From NCBI RefSeq assembly GCF_037042905.1, contig NC_087250.1, forward strand, positions 18,912,001-18,976,000: a stretch of DNA of 64,000 nucleotides, read 5' to 3'. A model generated the notes under the pieces. That model was not told the origin of the DNA and searched no databases. It worked only from the letters and a program-made list of their open reading frames with translations. This DNA comes from Lytechinus pictus (lineage: Eukaryota). Positions 37,687 to 51,410 of the stretch are shown piece by piece. Numbering within the stretch: position 1 is the stretch's first letter; each line of letters opens with the position of its first letter. The position numbers were made by a program, and so were the translations under genes.

Positions 37687-39190
37687 ATAGAGGTAGCGTT
37701 TCATGTGTGCAAATGAGCACACTTGAGTGCAGGTGTGTGTGTACACTCAAAATCCATTCCCATCTTTATTATAACGTCTTTTGTGCCATTATTAGTGCTA
37801 ATATACAATATCAATACCTGCAATTAATGTCACTCTACCAAATTATCAAAGGCTTCAAATGTTCCATTAATGTAGCAGGGTAAACTCCTCGTGACTACAC
37901 AGTAAATTTTGTACAAAATAAACATGTACATTTATTATCGATGGCAAATGTTTGTTTGATGTACAACTTTAGTACATGTGGTAACAAAAATTAATGAATT
38001 GAATTAAACTTATTGGCATCCGCAAGTGCATGATTTATTTTCCAATAAATATTCAAAACCAGGTTTAGGCAAATGAATTATCATTTGCCACCATTACATT
38101 TTTTTCTGTTACTAGAATTAACTTGGTGTCAGAGTGAACTTCCTCTTTAATCCGTATTTGCACGAAGCGCAAGTAGGTCAAGGGATGGATTTCTCTTCAT
38201 AACAATGCAGTATTGTGTTTAATCCCCAAAGTGAGAACACAGCCCCTTCAGCAAGTAATGAATACTGTTTGACTTGGATCTCATTGCACTGACTTGTGTA
38301 ATGAATACCAAGCTCACAATGGCCTTGTTCATACTGAATGTGTATTCTCACTACACACTGAACTAAAATAGGGTCTACATACAACATGCACAGGCAATTG
38401 CCGTGTAGATGGAGGGGGTGGTTTTACAGGACTCCAAGTCCCCAAGCACCCCCCCCCCCAAAAAAAAAAAGTTCCATGATTAAGACAAAATAGAAAATAG
38501 AAGTCATGAAAAAGAGAAAGGAGATGAGAATAAAGGTGAAATATGATATTGTACATTTACATATATAATATTCTGAATATTAATAACTTATCACAAAATT
38601 AGATTTGTATTTTAAAACGGTCAAAATATGTGCATTTTGCTAGCTTGCAAATTTTTGAAATTTTGCCCCCATATGGCAGCTAGGTTGTGCCCTCATTTTT
38701 TATTTATTCGGGGTTGACAGAAGGGTTTCCTTGTAAGTTACAGTATTAACCTTGCACAGCCTATTATGTAAGCCTACAACTTTTGTATAAATTCATATGT
38801 GATTAACATTGTGAATTGTGATTTGAACAAACAAAACGCAATTGTAATCTTTCCAGAACAATTGCCTTGTTCTTACCAACAATCCATCCACCCTGTAATG
38901 TTCATCACCCTTGTAATTTACCACACTGTCCCATTGTAAATGTATGAGAACAAAGTGCTTTCTCTATAAGGATTACAAACTAATAGGCGTTTTTTACAAT
39001 GTAGGCTCAATGTGGTGATAGTCGTTTATTTGATATTCTGCTACAAATAAACAAATAAAAACAAACAGGACCTTCGACCCTCATCCTACTATTGAAATTG
39101 TAAACAGGATAGGCCCAATATGTATACACGTACTGCACCAGTAGTTTGAAGGTCAAAAAACGAATGATGTGTTTGGGGGGTACATGTATG

Positions 39191-39801
39191 TTAAAGGACA
39201 AGTCCACCCCAACAAAAAGCTGATTTGAATAGAAAGAGAAAAATCAAACAAGCATAACACTGAAAATTTCATCAAAATTGGATGTAAAATAAGAAAGTTA
39301 TAACATTTTAAAGTTTCACTTAATTTTTCAAAACAGTTATATGCACATCCTGGTCGCCATGCAAATGAGGGGACCGATGACATCATCCACTCACTATTTC
39401 TTTTGTATTTTATTATATAAAATGTGAAATATTTTTATTTTCTCGTTATTGTCATATGAAACAAAGTTTCATTCCTCCCTGAACACATGTAATTCCATTA
39501 TTTTAACATTTTGTGGTTCAAGCAAGGGGGTCCTAATTGTCGAATTAATAAAATTTGAAATATTGTATTATTCAAACAATAAAAAACAAAAGAAATAGTG
39601 AGTGGGTGACATCATCGACTCTCTCATTTGCATATCACTGAGTTGAGCATAGAACTGTTTTGTGAAAAATAAGCGAAACTTTAAAATGTCATAAATTTCT
39701 TATTTTACATCCGATTTTGATTAAGTTTTCAGCGTTAACCATGTTTGATATTTCTCTATTTATTTAAATCAACTTTTTTCTGGGGTGGACTTGACCTTTA
39801 A
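39191..39801. mobile_element. TTAA MITE family A
   Basis: Same TIRs and TTAA flanks as 443-1046. Confidence 0.9.
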
Positions 39802-40112
39802 ATGTATGTACAGTACAACATGTATTGATTGATGTAGGTAAACTTTTTTTTACAAAAGTGTAAAACTGTTGACTACTTTGACCAGGGGAGCTGTAGTATG
39901 ATGTACAGGTATCTCTGATTCGCTGCCGATTATGCATGCATTGGTGAAACATCATTTTCATTTTAAGAATTACGGCATAGAGGTGTAAGAGCATATTAAA
40001 AATCTGTTTTATATTTTTTTCAAAGTTTAGCATGTTCCATTCAATGAACTACACTGTTGCTTGCATGTGGCCACACATTGACCTCCTTCTGCATACACCC
40101 CTCGTTCTCTTG

Positions 40113-40622
40113 GGGTGTGTTCATTGTCGGTTTCGAAATATAAACAGCAACATGAATCATGGTTCAAAACTTGGTTACAAAACATGGATATAATGAGAAA
40201 CAAAGGGTGTGTTCAAAGTCCCCTATTCCCGGTCGTAAAAGTAAACGTCTTTCAAATCAAGATTCAGAGGAAAATTGAAATTGAAAGAGATGCGTTTGTA
40301 AACGCGATCAGCTCAAATTTTATGACATTGAGCATCGCGAATGCGACATTGAACACAATTGAGTTTTGAAACGTGTTTAAATTTAATCTCGCAGAGGAAG
40401 CCTACACAAACAGGTGCAAGAACGGACCTATATTGTGATGGGTCAAACTGCGCTATTAAACCAAAGCGGGAAATTTAAAGACAATCAGAATATAAACGGC
40501 TTTATATTTTCGACACTGAACAGTGCGCCGCTGATCGTATTTGTGTTCTATGTTTCATAATTGAGTTTTCAATCATGATCCATGTTTCCGTTTAAATTTG
40601 GAAACCGACACTGAACACACCC
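40113..40622. mobile_element. Harbinger-type MITE (TSD TTG); partial inverted copy at ~55920-56277
   Basis: TIR GGGTGTGTTCA(T/G)TGTCGGTTTC. The second copy aligns over ~350 bp. Confidence 0.87.
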
Positions 40623-40807
40623 TTGCTCACTCCAGTCCCCATTAGAATGTTCTTACAATACCAATATAAATGATCACTACACATCAATCATTTGCAAATA
40701 TGTTTATGTAGGCTTTCACATTGTATTGCTGTATTTTCGCTTATTCATACATGGTTAATCGCTCACAATAGAAGTCTAAATTTCAAGTCACAGAACAAAT
40801 ACACAAT

Positions 40808-41285
40808 AGGTGGTTTCAAACCGCCTCGATCACAAGAATCCCCGTTAAATTACGAGAACTTTTTTAGGCTGAAAAATACCCATTAATTATTCCTGCATTC
40901 ACACCGCCCTGAAACATACCCTTCGGGATAAGTTCCTGAAGTTACGAGCATGCGCAGTATGGTCTGATAAGCAGCAAGGCGCGAAATTCAAAATCACTAG
41001 CCCAGCAGCAACCCATGCACGGCGCCGTACCCAACGACACGCTGGGCTAAAAGTTCCCGTAATTTGCTTTCAGACCGCCAAAATACCCACGACCTTGGAA
41101 AAATCCCCGCGAAATTTCTCGTAATTTCGCCAAGTACCTACTATTTATCGGGTATTTTCTTTCGGGGATATTACGCGTAGTTTGCTTTCAGACCGCCAAA
41201 ATACCTGGTATTTTCTGATCGGGGTAAATTTCCCGATCAGAGAATACCTGGAACTGGCGAACTTCGAGGCGGTCTGAAACCACCT
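40808..41285. mobile_element. Harbinger-type MITE (TSD AAT)
   Basis: TIR AGGTGGTTTCA(A/G)ACCGCCTCGA with internal repeats TTTGCTTTCAGACCGCCAAAATACC. Confidence 0.9.
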
Positions 41286-41363
41286 AATGTACCTTTACAC
41301 GCCTTTGATTCAACAAGACAAGGTCAAAGTTCAAAGACGTTTCTAACTTGCTAATCACTTGGC

Positions 41364-41807
41364 AATAGACCAGTTCGTAGTTACATCAGGGACAATTTTA
41401 AAATCAAATGACCTTTCATTTATTTCATTATGATAGGCAGATTTCAAAGCAGGATATGCATGCCTTACATAGCAGGATGAAGAAATTGAATTATATGACT
41501 AGAAAAGCACACCATTGAAGACTCCATGAAGGTATTTGTTGCATTTCTACTTTGAATGCATATTAGCATGTTGTACAATGTACTTGGCAAACTGCAGTGA
41601 AATACCAGTCGTGGACACATTTTTGTTCTTTGTGGATGCAAATGAAAAACACAATTGAACAGAATATATGAATAATCAAGACACCAAAGTTGATGCTTAT
41701 CTTATTAAATTTTAAACCACCATGCCACTTTAGTACAAATGACCTTTCTCTGATCATGCGCAGAATCTTCTGATCATGCGCAAAATGGAACTACGAACTG
41801 GCTTATT
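41364..41807. mobile_element. MITE with AAT...ATT flanks
   Basis: Inverted termini AATAGACCAGTTCGTAGTT / AACTACGAACTGGCTTATT and an internal 20-bp tandem TCTGATCATGCGCA. Confidence 0.7.
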
Positions 41808-44587
41808 GTTTAGTCTCAACAAGTTAGTTTATCATCATGGAGTATTGGGATCCATGATCTGGATGTACACTATAAATTCCAAGGATTTTAAATAAATCCA
41901 GATCGGCTGTGATGCCTGTGCATATAGTACCCTGCCGAATATTAGATTGAGATTTAAACCGCGTTGATTTAAATATAAATCTAAAAGATTTGAACTTATA
42001 ATCCTGAAGATTTAAAATGAAATTTGAAATATGGCTGGTCACTATTCACAGCCGATCTGAATAATTTAAATTCTTGGAATTGAGAGTGTAAGAAAAATCA
42101 AAAGTATGGGCCTAGTGCCTACTCTGTATTTGACTTTTTTCACTCTGCGTATTTTGAAGAAAAAACCTTTGCAACTTTGAAGTTGGAATTCTTTATCATC
42201 CATATCATTATACATGTATACATGTAGGTCAGAAACATTAAAACATCCACAACTATTTTTGATCACAGGTTTTTTAAAAAACTTTATAAGCATCTTTATC
42301 CCTGAACTTATTACTTAAAGAAACACTTAAGTTTTAAAAAACGTTTTATTTGCAATTTGTCCAATTGCCAACTCGTCTACTAGTGGACTACTGTACTACC
42401 ATTTGGTCTATCATCAGTTCGTCTACTCACCACATGGTCTACTTTCATTTCGTCTAATGCCATTCCGTCTAATAACCAGTTGGTCCAATAGCCAGTTAGT
42501 CCATATACCATTTGGTATATGGAAACTAAAGTGTTAATTGTGCAAAATGAATGTAAAGAAAATGGGTATTAGACCAACTGGTTATTAGATGAAATGGTAA
42601 TAGACGAAATGGTGATTAGACGAAGTGATGATTGGACCAAATGGTTGTTGGGCCAAATGGTTGTTAGACGAAATGTTGATGGACGGAATGGCATCAGACT
42701 AAATGAAGGTAGACCATGTGGTGAGTGGACAAGTTGGCAGTGGACGAATTGGCAATTTACCGTTAAAACACTGTTTAAAATAGCAAGCACATTGTTTGAA
42801 CATATATTGTTCAAAGTTTTTTTTATTACAACAAGTTATGAAAAACAATAGTTTAAAAGTTAGAACAACTCTTTGTTAGAGTACCAGGCTTAAACAACGT
42901 GCTATCTTCTCAATGTATGCTACATACATAGTACACTGTGTCTTTCCCTTTTACCAGTCTCCATTTTAATATGCTTGCACTACCATAAAACCAATATTAT
43001 TGTTTGGTAACATTTCCCCCTTTGAGTTATAAATGCATGCGGATCTTTCACTATTCATAAAAATATGATTAATTGGCCTCTAATATCCTCCCCATTAGGA
43101 GTTTTGAAAGGTCAATAAAAGTTTTGGAGCAGAATGTCTCTGCATGCAATGTAATTTACAGTCATTACGACTCTTGGCGTGATACTAATCGAACGAAGCA
43201 CGGACGGCCCTAAGGATTACGAGGCATATATTAGGACAAAAATGAAATATAGCACATCATAAATGTATATATGTACAGTACTTGCATGTTGCCCCGTATT
43301 CGGGTTTGATTCAAACTCTGGTCTAAAGTTCTGGTTCCTTTAATTTTTGTTAAACTTGTTTAAAATTGTTCCTCTTGTTTTACTCTTTCTAGTAAAATTG
43401 CTTCTCTTCTTGGGTTTTGGTTTCCTTTAACTATATTGTGACACAAACCTTCAACAGTACAAGTTTGTGTTTTCAGATCATGCATTAATACTCAGAACAT
43501 TCATGCATTGTTAATGTTCGGGAACAGTAATTTGAATATCGGTCTTTGCCATTATAAAATGTATGAGACTGTTTTTTCTGCCATACACATGTAAACAGTA
43601 CAATACAGGCCTATATTAAAGAATAATTATTCATGTTACAAAATATTCCAAATTCAAATATTTTATTCAATGGATATTAAAAGACAATTTGTTTTTCCAT
43701 CTTGTTTCCTATGCCAGGCCATGGGAAAGCAATGAGTGACTCTGATAAAGTTGAATCCGAATAGACCTATAATTTCAACACCGAGACCCGGAAGATTTTC
43801 GATGAATAGCGCATTCATTCACATTAAATGAGCCATAACGCCACCATAATATGCCTACTTCAACTAAAGTCTAAGGGTCATTCACATTGCCAAAGAACAG
43901 TGAGTTACAGATCAACAAGGTTCATGAAACAAGGTGTTACAAGCTACTGAAATCCTTGCATCTGATTGGCTGAGAGTTAATTAGACAGTGATAATCACTG
44001 ACTAAACTTCTCATGAAACTCTCCCCATGACATGTGCCTTCATGCATGTGTGTGTAATTATATATTACAAGCCAGGAGTCATTGATGTGCCTTTACTCCT
44101 ATAAAAACACAAATTTAGCTACAAAGACAGCAATTGTGTATAAACACACCAAAACAAACAATTACAACCTCCACAATCAACATACAATTGTACAGGTACA
44201 TGCCTACATGAAACAACAATTAGACCACTATTGTACTTTTGTGTGTGTGTTAAAAATGCCTTTCTGATTATGACTAAAAATGACTTTTCTCCATGTACAT
44301 ACGTGTATGTTGACCATGTTCCCTTGTTTTTAACCCCCCCCCCCTTCCTCCCTTATTTTCTTGACTCCATTCATCTCATCCCATTTTAAATTTTATATCA
44401 TGTCTTCTCTTCCCTTTCCTTTGATTTTTCTTTCACTCTTTCCTTTAATATAAATTTGTTCTTGATCTCTAGATAAATTCTCTTTGAACTTATATTTGAA
44501 GAGTGGACATTATAATTGCATGTTCTGGCATTGTTTTGAATTATGAAAGAGTTATAGTTACGGGATACACATATAATTATCCTCTTC

Positions 44588-44725
44588 ATTCATCTCCATC
44601 ACCACCACCACCACCACCATCATCATCATCGTCATCATTTTATCACCATCATTTATCATCTACAGTCATCATCATCATCCCCATCATCCAAATCGTCACG
44701 ACACCATCATCATAATAGTCATCAT
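44588..44725. repeat. Degenerate (CAT/CAC)n microsatellite
   Basis: Direct reading. Confidence 0.8.
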
Positions 44726-45394
44726 TATCAGAACAGGCTAAATGTAGTATTAGGAGCAAATGATATTACTGTCCCTGGTACACTGTAAATTACAGGTAAT
44801 AAAATAAAGCTTCCGCAATGCTACCAAATCCCTTTTGACTGGAGTACATCAGCTTTGATCTACCCAAGTGATGCGATCCCTGAAAGAACAAAAAAGATGA
44901 CCCGTCTGCTGCGGAGATGAGAAGATGGGAGGGCTGAAAATGAACAGGAAATCATCGCAGGAAATTCAATCTGGTTTATAAAGCAGATTATGGTATGAAC
45001 CGTGTGATCATGGTCAGGGCTGGGACAACCCATCAAAGGAAAGTGAGAAGCGCTTCAACCGATTCAATATCATGCCTTCGGACATACAGTATGTAAAAGT
45101 ACACTCTAGTGACTCTATGTACTTTAAAATAATACATGTATGATATACATAGCCTATGGTACCTCTATATTTCTCATTAATTTGGTGGGTTAAACCAAAG
45201 TATTATTATGCGGTACGTACACTGCACATAAAATGATATCCATACATGTAGCCTACACTGAATAAAAAGTGTTAAAAATAAAAAAATACAACATGTATAA
45301 AACACAATTACAAATAACAAAATAAAGAAATATAACACATACAGTTATATTTTTTCACAACAAAACACAATCAACTTTTGTAAGTGACACATGT

Positions 45395-45713
45395 GGAGAT
45401 TTGTGGCCCAGTGGATTAGTCTTCTGACTTTGAAACAGAGGGTCGTGGGTTCGAATCCCAGCCATGGCGTAATTTCCTTCAGCAAGAAATTCATCCACGT
45501 TGTGCTGCGCTCAACCCAGGTGAGATGAATGGGTACCTGGCAGGAATTTATACCTTGAAATGCCACCACGCTGTAAAAGGCTGCAGGGCTATTTAAAAAG
45601 CAAGGGTAATAATATCCAAGTCCTATAAAGCGCATAGGGACGTTATGACATACCGGGTAATGTGATTGGGATGCACTATAGTATGCACTATACAAGAACT
45701 GCGCTATCATCAT
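45395..45713 (+). mobile_element. tRNA-derived SINE (same head as 23340)
   Basis: A/B boxes, shared core CAACCCAGGTGAG..GAATGGGTACC and a short (CAT) tail. Confidence 0.88.
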
Positions 45714-45916
45714 AGACATACATGTATACTGTAATCTACTTTACTTTCAATTTTGGTCAGTCAATGGAGGAACTTAAACTTGCAGTATTAATAAAAATAG
45801 ATCTACATGTATAGTCATTATAGAGATTCAGTGGAGTTAAGTTTCATTTGTAAAATAATCAGTTTAAATCAGGTATCATCAAGGTATTGATAATTATCAA
45901 TTTCTTTATTTCAAGT

Positions 45917-46318
45917 TTAAAGATAAGTTCCAGTTGTGGGAACGATCTCAAAATGACTTTTTACAGAATTTAATATAATGATCACCAAAGTGTCTGTTTG
46001 TATGAATAAAAAATATGTGCCAAAGGATTCTGGAAGAAATTGTGTAATTGCTGAGAAATAAACAAAATAAACGCGGATTCGGTCACTTCCGTCGGGTCTT
46101 TATTCCAGCAATAATAATACACTGTCCAACGTGTGCCTATCTGTGTTGGCGATCTTCAGTGTGATCGTTTTTTAGCTAGATATTATGATTTCACAAAGTT
46201 CAGTTTATGTAACTGTACCAGATCTAGATCCACGATGATATATCAATACTTTACCTTGGTTTTACAGACTTTCTCACGAAATCAGTGTTTTACTGCAACT
46301 ACGTTCATTTAGCTTTAA
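45917..46318. mobile_element. TTAA MITE family C (other copies at 1-226 and ~50148-50546; fragments at ~10590-10790 and ~11150-11340)
   Basis: TTAA|AGATAAGTTCCAGTTG ... CAACTACGTTCATTTAGCT|TTAA. The body is shared with the listed copies (ACACTGTCCCACGTG, CCAGATCTAGAT). Confidence 0.8.
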
Positions 46319-46641
46319 TATAAAGGGGGAGATCATCATATGATTATAAGGAAACAATATCATCCCATATTTCTTTCAAACGTTTCCTTAATCAAACTAC
46401 ATGTACATGTATCAACTACACAATTATTCTTCCAACAAGGGATAATGGGAATTAAAATACATTTTGTTCTCATATCAAACTACTGTGTCTACAGAGCCAA
46501 CGGGGTGTAATTGAGCAGAACAAACAGGACTTTGTCATTCTGGCACTCGGGAAGGTCAGAAATATAGAAAACAAAATGTACTTTTGTGTCTAATTCTGTG
46601 TCATAAAGACCAGCCCTCAAATGCATCAGTCAGTCAGCAAG

Positions 46642-46855
46642 TAGTCTGCAAGCACAGACTCACATTTGACACTTTGACCAATTACATACTGTACCATGTC
46701 TAGAGTAAAGACTAGACGCCAAACTCTCGGATTCTACCAAATATGGTAGAACCCGCCACAGTACATAGTGAATCTAGTCTCACTACTTCAGACTCTGCAT
46801 AACATATTACATGTATGCGAATGGCGGAAACCAAGGAGTCTGTGCCTGCAGACTA
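46642..46855. mobile_element. TAG-terminated MITE, Academ-like (copies at 26467-26656 and a compound at 57101-57509)
   Basis: TIR TAGTCTGCA(A/G)GCACAGACTC with flanks GTCAGCAAG/CTCAGCAAG (9-bp TSD, 1 mismatch). Confidence 0.75.
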
Positions 46856-47589
46856 CTCAGCAAGTGGGTGTCAATCAAAAAGTGAATGAGAGATATGGGG
46901 TGGGGGAGGTTCATACAGTTACAGTCAGTGATTTTTAGTCATTTGTTGTTCATGAGCCAATCAGATGCCTGGATTTCAATAGCTTATAACAGGTGACTGG
47001 TGTCAGTGACAATCACAGACTGATCTTTTTTATGAAAAGCTCCCCTTCATGAACTTTTGAAGCAACAAGTAGTTTTCTTGACTATGTTTATCATTATATT
47101 AAAGCTACACCTGTGCGTGTACATGGTGATTGTACTGCAAATTATCCGAAATTGGCTCAAAACAAAATGGTCAGTGAAATCTCTGAATACACTTTTTTAT
47201 GAAAACCTCCCGGGGGGGGGGGGTAAATTGCCAATTCGTCTACTGCCAACTCGTCCACTCACCACATGGTCTACTTTCATTTTTAGTCTAATGCCATTCC
47301 GTCCATCAACATTTCGTCAAACAACCATTTGGTCCAATCATCACTTCTTTTATCACCATTTTGTCTATGACCATTTCGTCTCATAACCAGTTGGTCTAAT
47401 ATCCATTTTATTTTCATTCAGTTTGAAAAATAAACACTTAGTCCAATTAGAACAAATGGTATATGAACTAAATGGCTATTGGGCCAACTGGTTATTAGAC
47501 AAAATGGTGAGTGGGCGAATTTGGCCATTAGACCATGTGGATAGTGGACAAACTGATGGTAGACCAAATGATAGTAGATGAGTTGGTAA

Positions 47590-47885
47590 TCATAATAATA
47601 ATAACGCAGTTCTTGTATAGCGCATATCACATTATGCCATAACGTCCCTATGCGCTTCCGAAGGACTTGGATATTATTACCCTGGCCTTAGCCCCGCAGC
47701 CTTTTACAGCGCGGTGGCATTTCAAGGAATAAATTCCTGCCAGGTACCCATTCACCTCACCTGGGTTGAGTGCAGCACAATGTGGATGAATTTCTTGCTG
47801 AAGGAACTTACGCCATGGCTGGGATTCGAACTTACGACCCTCTGTTTCAAAGTCAGAAGACTAATCCACTGGGCCACAACGATCC
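47590..47885 (-). mobile_element. tRNA-derived SINE inserted in a MULE-like element
   Basis: Reverse complement of 45395-45713 with a (TTA)n tail. Confidence 0.88.
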
Positions 47886-50800
47886 AATTGGACGAATTGG
47901 CATTAGATGAATTGGAAGAAAATCCCCAGGGGGAGTCAATGTTTCATGAAGAAAATTGTGAATTTCAAAGAGAAACATGGAACAAAGCAACAAACATCTT
48001 TGCTTCATGAAACATCATTGAACAGTAGCCTACTGGCAGAGTGAATGAGGTATTTATGCAGGCAGCAGGCCCCACCACAAAATGCACTCCTTCATGCAGA
48101 GTACCGTACGTAAACAACACTACAATTTTCAGCAAGCCCGGAGAAACAAACTTTATTGAATGTAATATTTTATCACCTGATTGCACAAGTAAAATATCTA
48201 AAACAAAGCAGAATTTGAACACTTTAGATATGTTCATTTTCTGATGGGGTTCACTAACTTTTGAGCACCACTGTTCACAGTCCGTTTGATTGAACAGCAT
48301 TTATTAAAGGAGGGTAGCATAGTCATTCTATCATCAGCTGAATTTCACCCATTTTTGCATACTGTGAAGAGGATAAATGTACATGTACAATGTACATACC
48401 TGTACATGTACTATATTGTACCATCACTACCAGTACCATGACAAGAACGATTCCATATCATTTGGAGTACATACTGTTAGGATCAGTTTTATTAATAAGG
48501 TTCTTTGTTATTATCTCCCTCTGCAGGTCTGGTGGGGCTTAATGTATGCCAATAAATAGAAATAGAATAGATATAAAGGAACTGTCCTTACAAGTCATAG
48601 AAATACCCATTTAGGGGCCAAAGTATACAAACATGTCAGTATTTCTTTAACACAAAATTTTCCCCTGCAAACAGTCATGCTATAAAAACTGTGATTCCAA
48701 ACCCACGCTCGCTCCAGTGAGCAAAGAATTCAATATTGATTTCAATTCATAAAGCGAACCCATTGAAAAGCGAATCTGCACGGCACCGCATGATGCCAAT
48801 TTTTAAAAGCTATTGGAAAAGTCATGTTAAGAAATCAAGCAGCCTTCGACGTCTTATAATTAAATCAATGGTCAGGCCATTGTTCCATTCACAGAAGTTA
48901 GCGAGAATGCAGACAGCATTTTAGGCCCAGTCAAATTCACCTGCATGTACATAAGACAAAAGTTGTTGACAGAGACCTGCCAGACATAAAAAAGAAATGT
49001 TGGAAAACTCATAAACCTACATGTATTACAAATACCATGGCAAACTTCAGTTCAAGTTCTGAGCTCTTTGCATCTGAGGATACATTGTATACATGTAGGC
49101 CTATCATCAGTATTACCACTTTGAGGGAAATTTCTTGAATCCCGGGAAATATTGGCTTTTCAAAAAATAATTCTAACCTCTAGAAAACTTAAAACCCAAG
49201 GAAAATCTGAGAAAACCTGTGACATAATGGGTATCTACATGTACTCATGATGTATGTACAAGAATCAAAATTCACATGCTAAACTTTTGTACATTTGACT
49301 CTCGCATTATGACTATTTAAGACTAATCTTGTTTTCAGCTTTTTCAAGAGGGGCAAGAATAAGTGAAGTACTGAATTCCATTATTTCTGGACAATATGCC
49401 TACTGCAGCAGTCTAATGTATCATAATCTGCAATTTACAATTTTCCAAGAAATACCAATGAATAATTCAAAGAATTTTTTGGAATTGGTTTCTGGGGGAA
49501 AGAAATGTAGTTGCACATTTCAACACTGTACATATACATATACATCTACATGTATATGCCTCCATACTTACATCATATTGTGTCTCTGTATTAAAGGAAG
49601 CCAGAGTATTAAGTACGCTTCAATTTACGGTAGGAACCCAGGAAAGCAAACCCATACGTGTACAGTATTCAGATTAAGGCCACAATTCAAAATTTTAATT
49701 TCAATCACCGATAGAAAAACCAATGGTCACTTTATTCACCCTTGTAAGATTGAAATACAATATTCAGGCCTACTCACTACTGTCTCAAGTATTCATATCC
49801 TTGACCATTGTAGATAATCAATGACCAGTAAAAAAATCAATGGTCACTCTATTTCTGTATGATTGGAATGTACAAGGGTCAATACATTTCCAGTATATAC
49901 TCTAGTATTCTTATCACTGACCATTTACCAATGCTTTGGATATGATTTACAAAATGTCAGGTTTGTAAAGATGCCTACAAACTGGAATATATTACAGTGT
50001 GAACACTTCCAGTGCACTGTGGATAATACCCTTTCACACTTGACTGACCAGATCTTCTTTACGCTGCCTGTAAAGGTCAAGGTTTTGAACAGTGCACCTT
50101 ATTGCTAGCTTCCTTTTCAACACTGAATTATGAACATGAGTTTTTATTTATATACCAGTTGTGGTAATGATCTCAAAACGAGTTCGAACAGAATCCAATG
50201 AAATGACCAACAAAGTGTTTGTATGCATGAATAAGAAATATGTGCCAAATAGCTCTGGAAGAAAATGCGTAATTGCTAAAAAATGAGCAAAATAAGCACA
50301 AAATTCCTTCAAATGTCTGGCATTTTTCGAAGCAAAATTAATACACTGTCCCACATATGCTTTTCTGAGTTAGTGATCATCAGAATTATCCATTTTGAGC
50401 TAAGATTTCATGCTTTTACAAAGATAAGTACTAAAAGTTTACATTAAAATGTACATGTACCAGATCTAGATGTATGATATTTTGACAATTAACCTTGACT
50501 TCTCTTGAAACAATTGTTTGCTGCAACTACTGTCTTTTACCTTTAAAGTCCCAATAAGATTTTGCACAATGCACATCCTCTTGAAAGGACTGTATTAAGA
50601 ATTAAATTATTCCTTGCAAGTTTTAATACATACCAACTCCAAGAATTATTTTTTAGTTATTGAGGGGTTTGTTAAAATAAATCAGCAGCAGCAGTCGTAG
50701 TAATATGCAACATTTGGATGTACATACTGTATACTGTAGTGCTAAAAGGGGTACCCAAGGCTGAAAATAATATGATTTTAACTGATGAATCAGACAAATA

Positions 50801-51410
50801 GATTTTGATGAAAATTTTCAGCACTTTGCCTGGTGAATTTTACTATATTTATTGTATAGATGCAATTACTTTCAGCCCCGAGTAGCCCTTTAATACAATG
50901 TAGCCGGCTTTACTGTACATGTATTTAGCACGGCTACCCTGATCAGGTGTTTGAGCATTCAAGGGACTCCTTCATGTCAGGAACCAATTTACTACGCACG
51001 TACAGCTGGGTGGAGAGTGGCAAATGTAAATAAATGCCTTGCCTAAGGACGTGAGTGCCGTGCATGGGGTTCGAACCATGTGTGGTTCAAAGTCAAGAGA
51101 CTCATCCATTGAGCCAAAGACACAGCATCCATTGGCTTGGAGAACAAGCTACGAGATTAAGAAACAAGCCCCCCCCCCCCCCCCCTCTCATCAATTAATC
51201 ATTCGATTCTCAATTGCTAACCATCACAATCTTCCTTTAGTATCCCCAGGGCACTATACGGTGAGGCTGCCAAAGGTTTCAGAGTCCCTCAGTCGATGCA
51301 CTATAAAGGAGCAATACATGTGAAGGGTGTATCTGTTCACTGGGTTTATGAAATTGTTTTGGGTTTGTTGGGGGGGGGGACTGGCCATGCCAAAAAATCA
51401 CAATTACATG

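Noticed and set aside
44790..44900. Strong acceptor-like site on - (ttttttgttctttcAG) as the missing PDZ exon
   Set aside because: No frame gives PDZ-like sequence, and all frames stop within ~30 codons.
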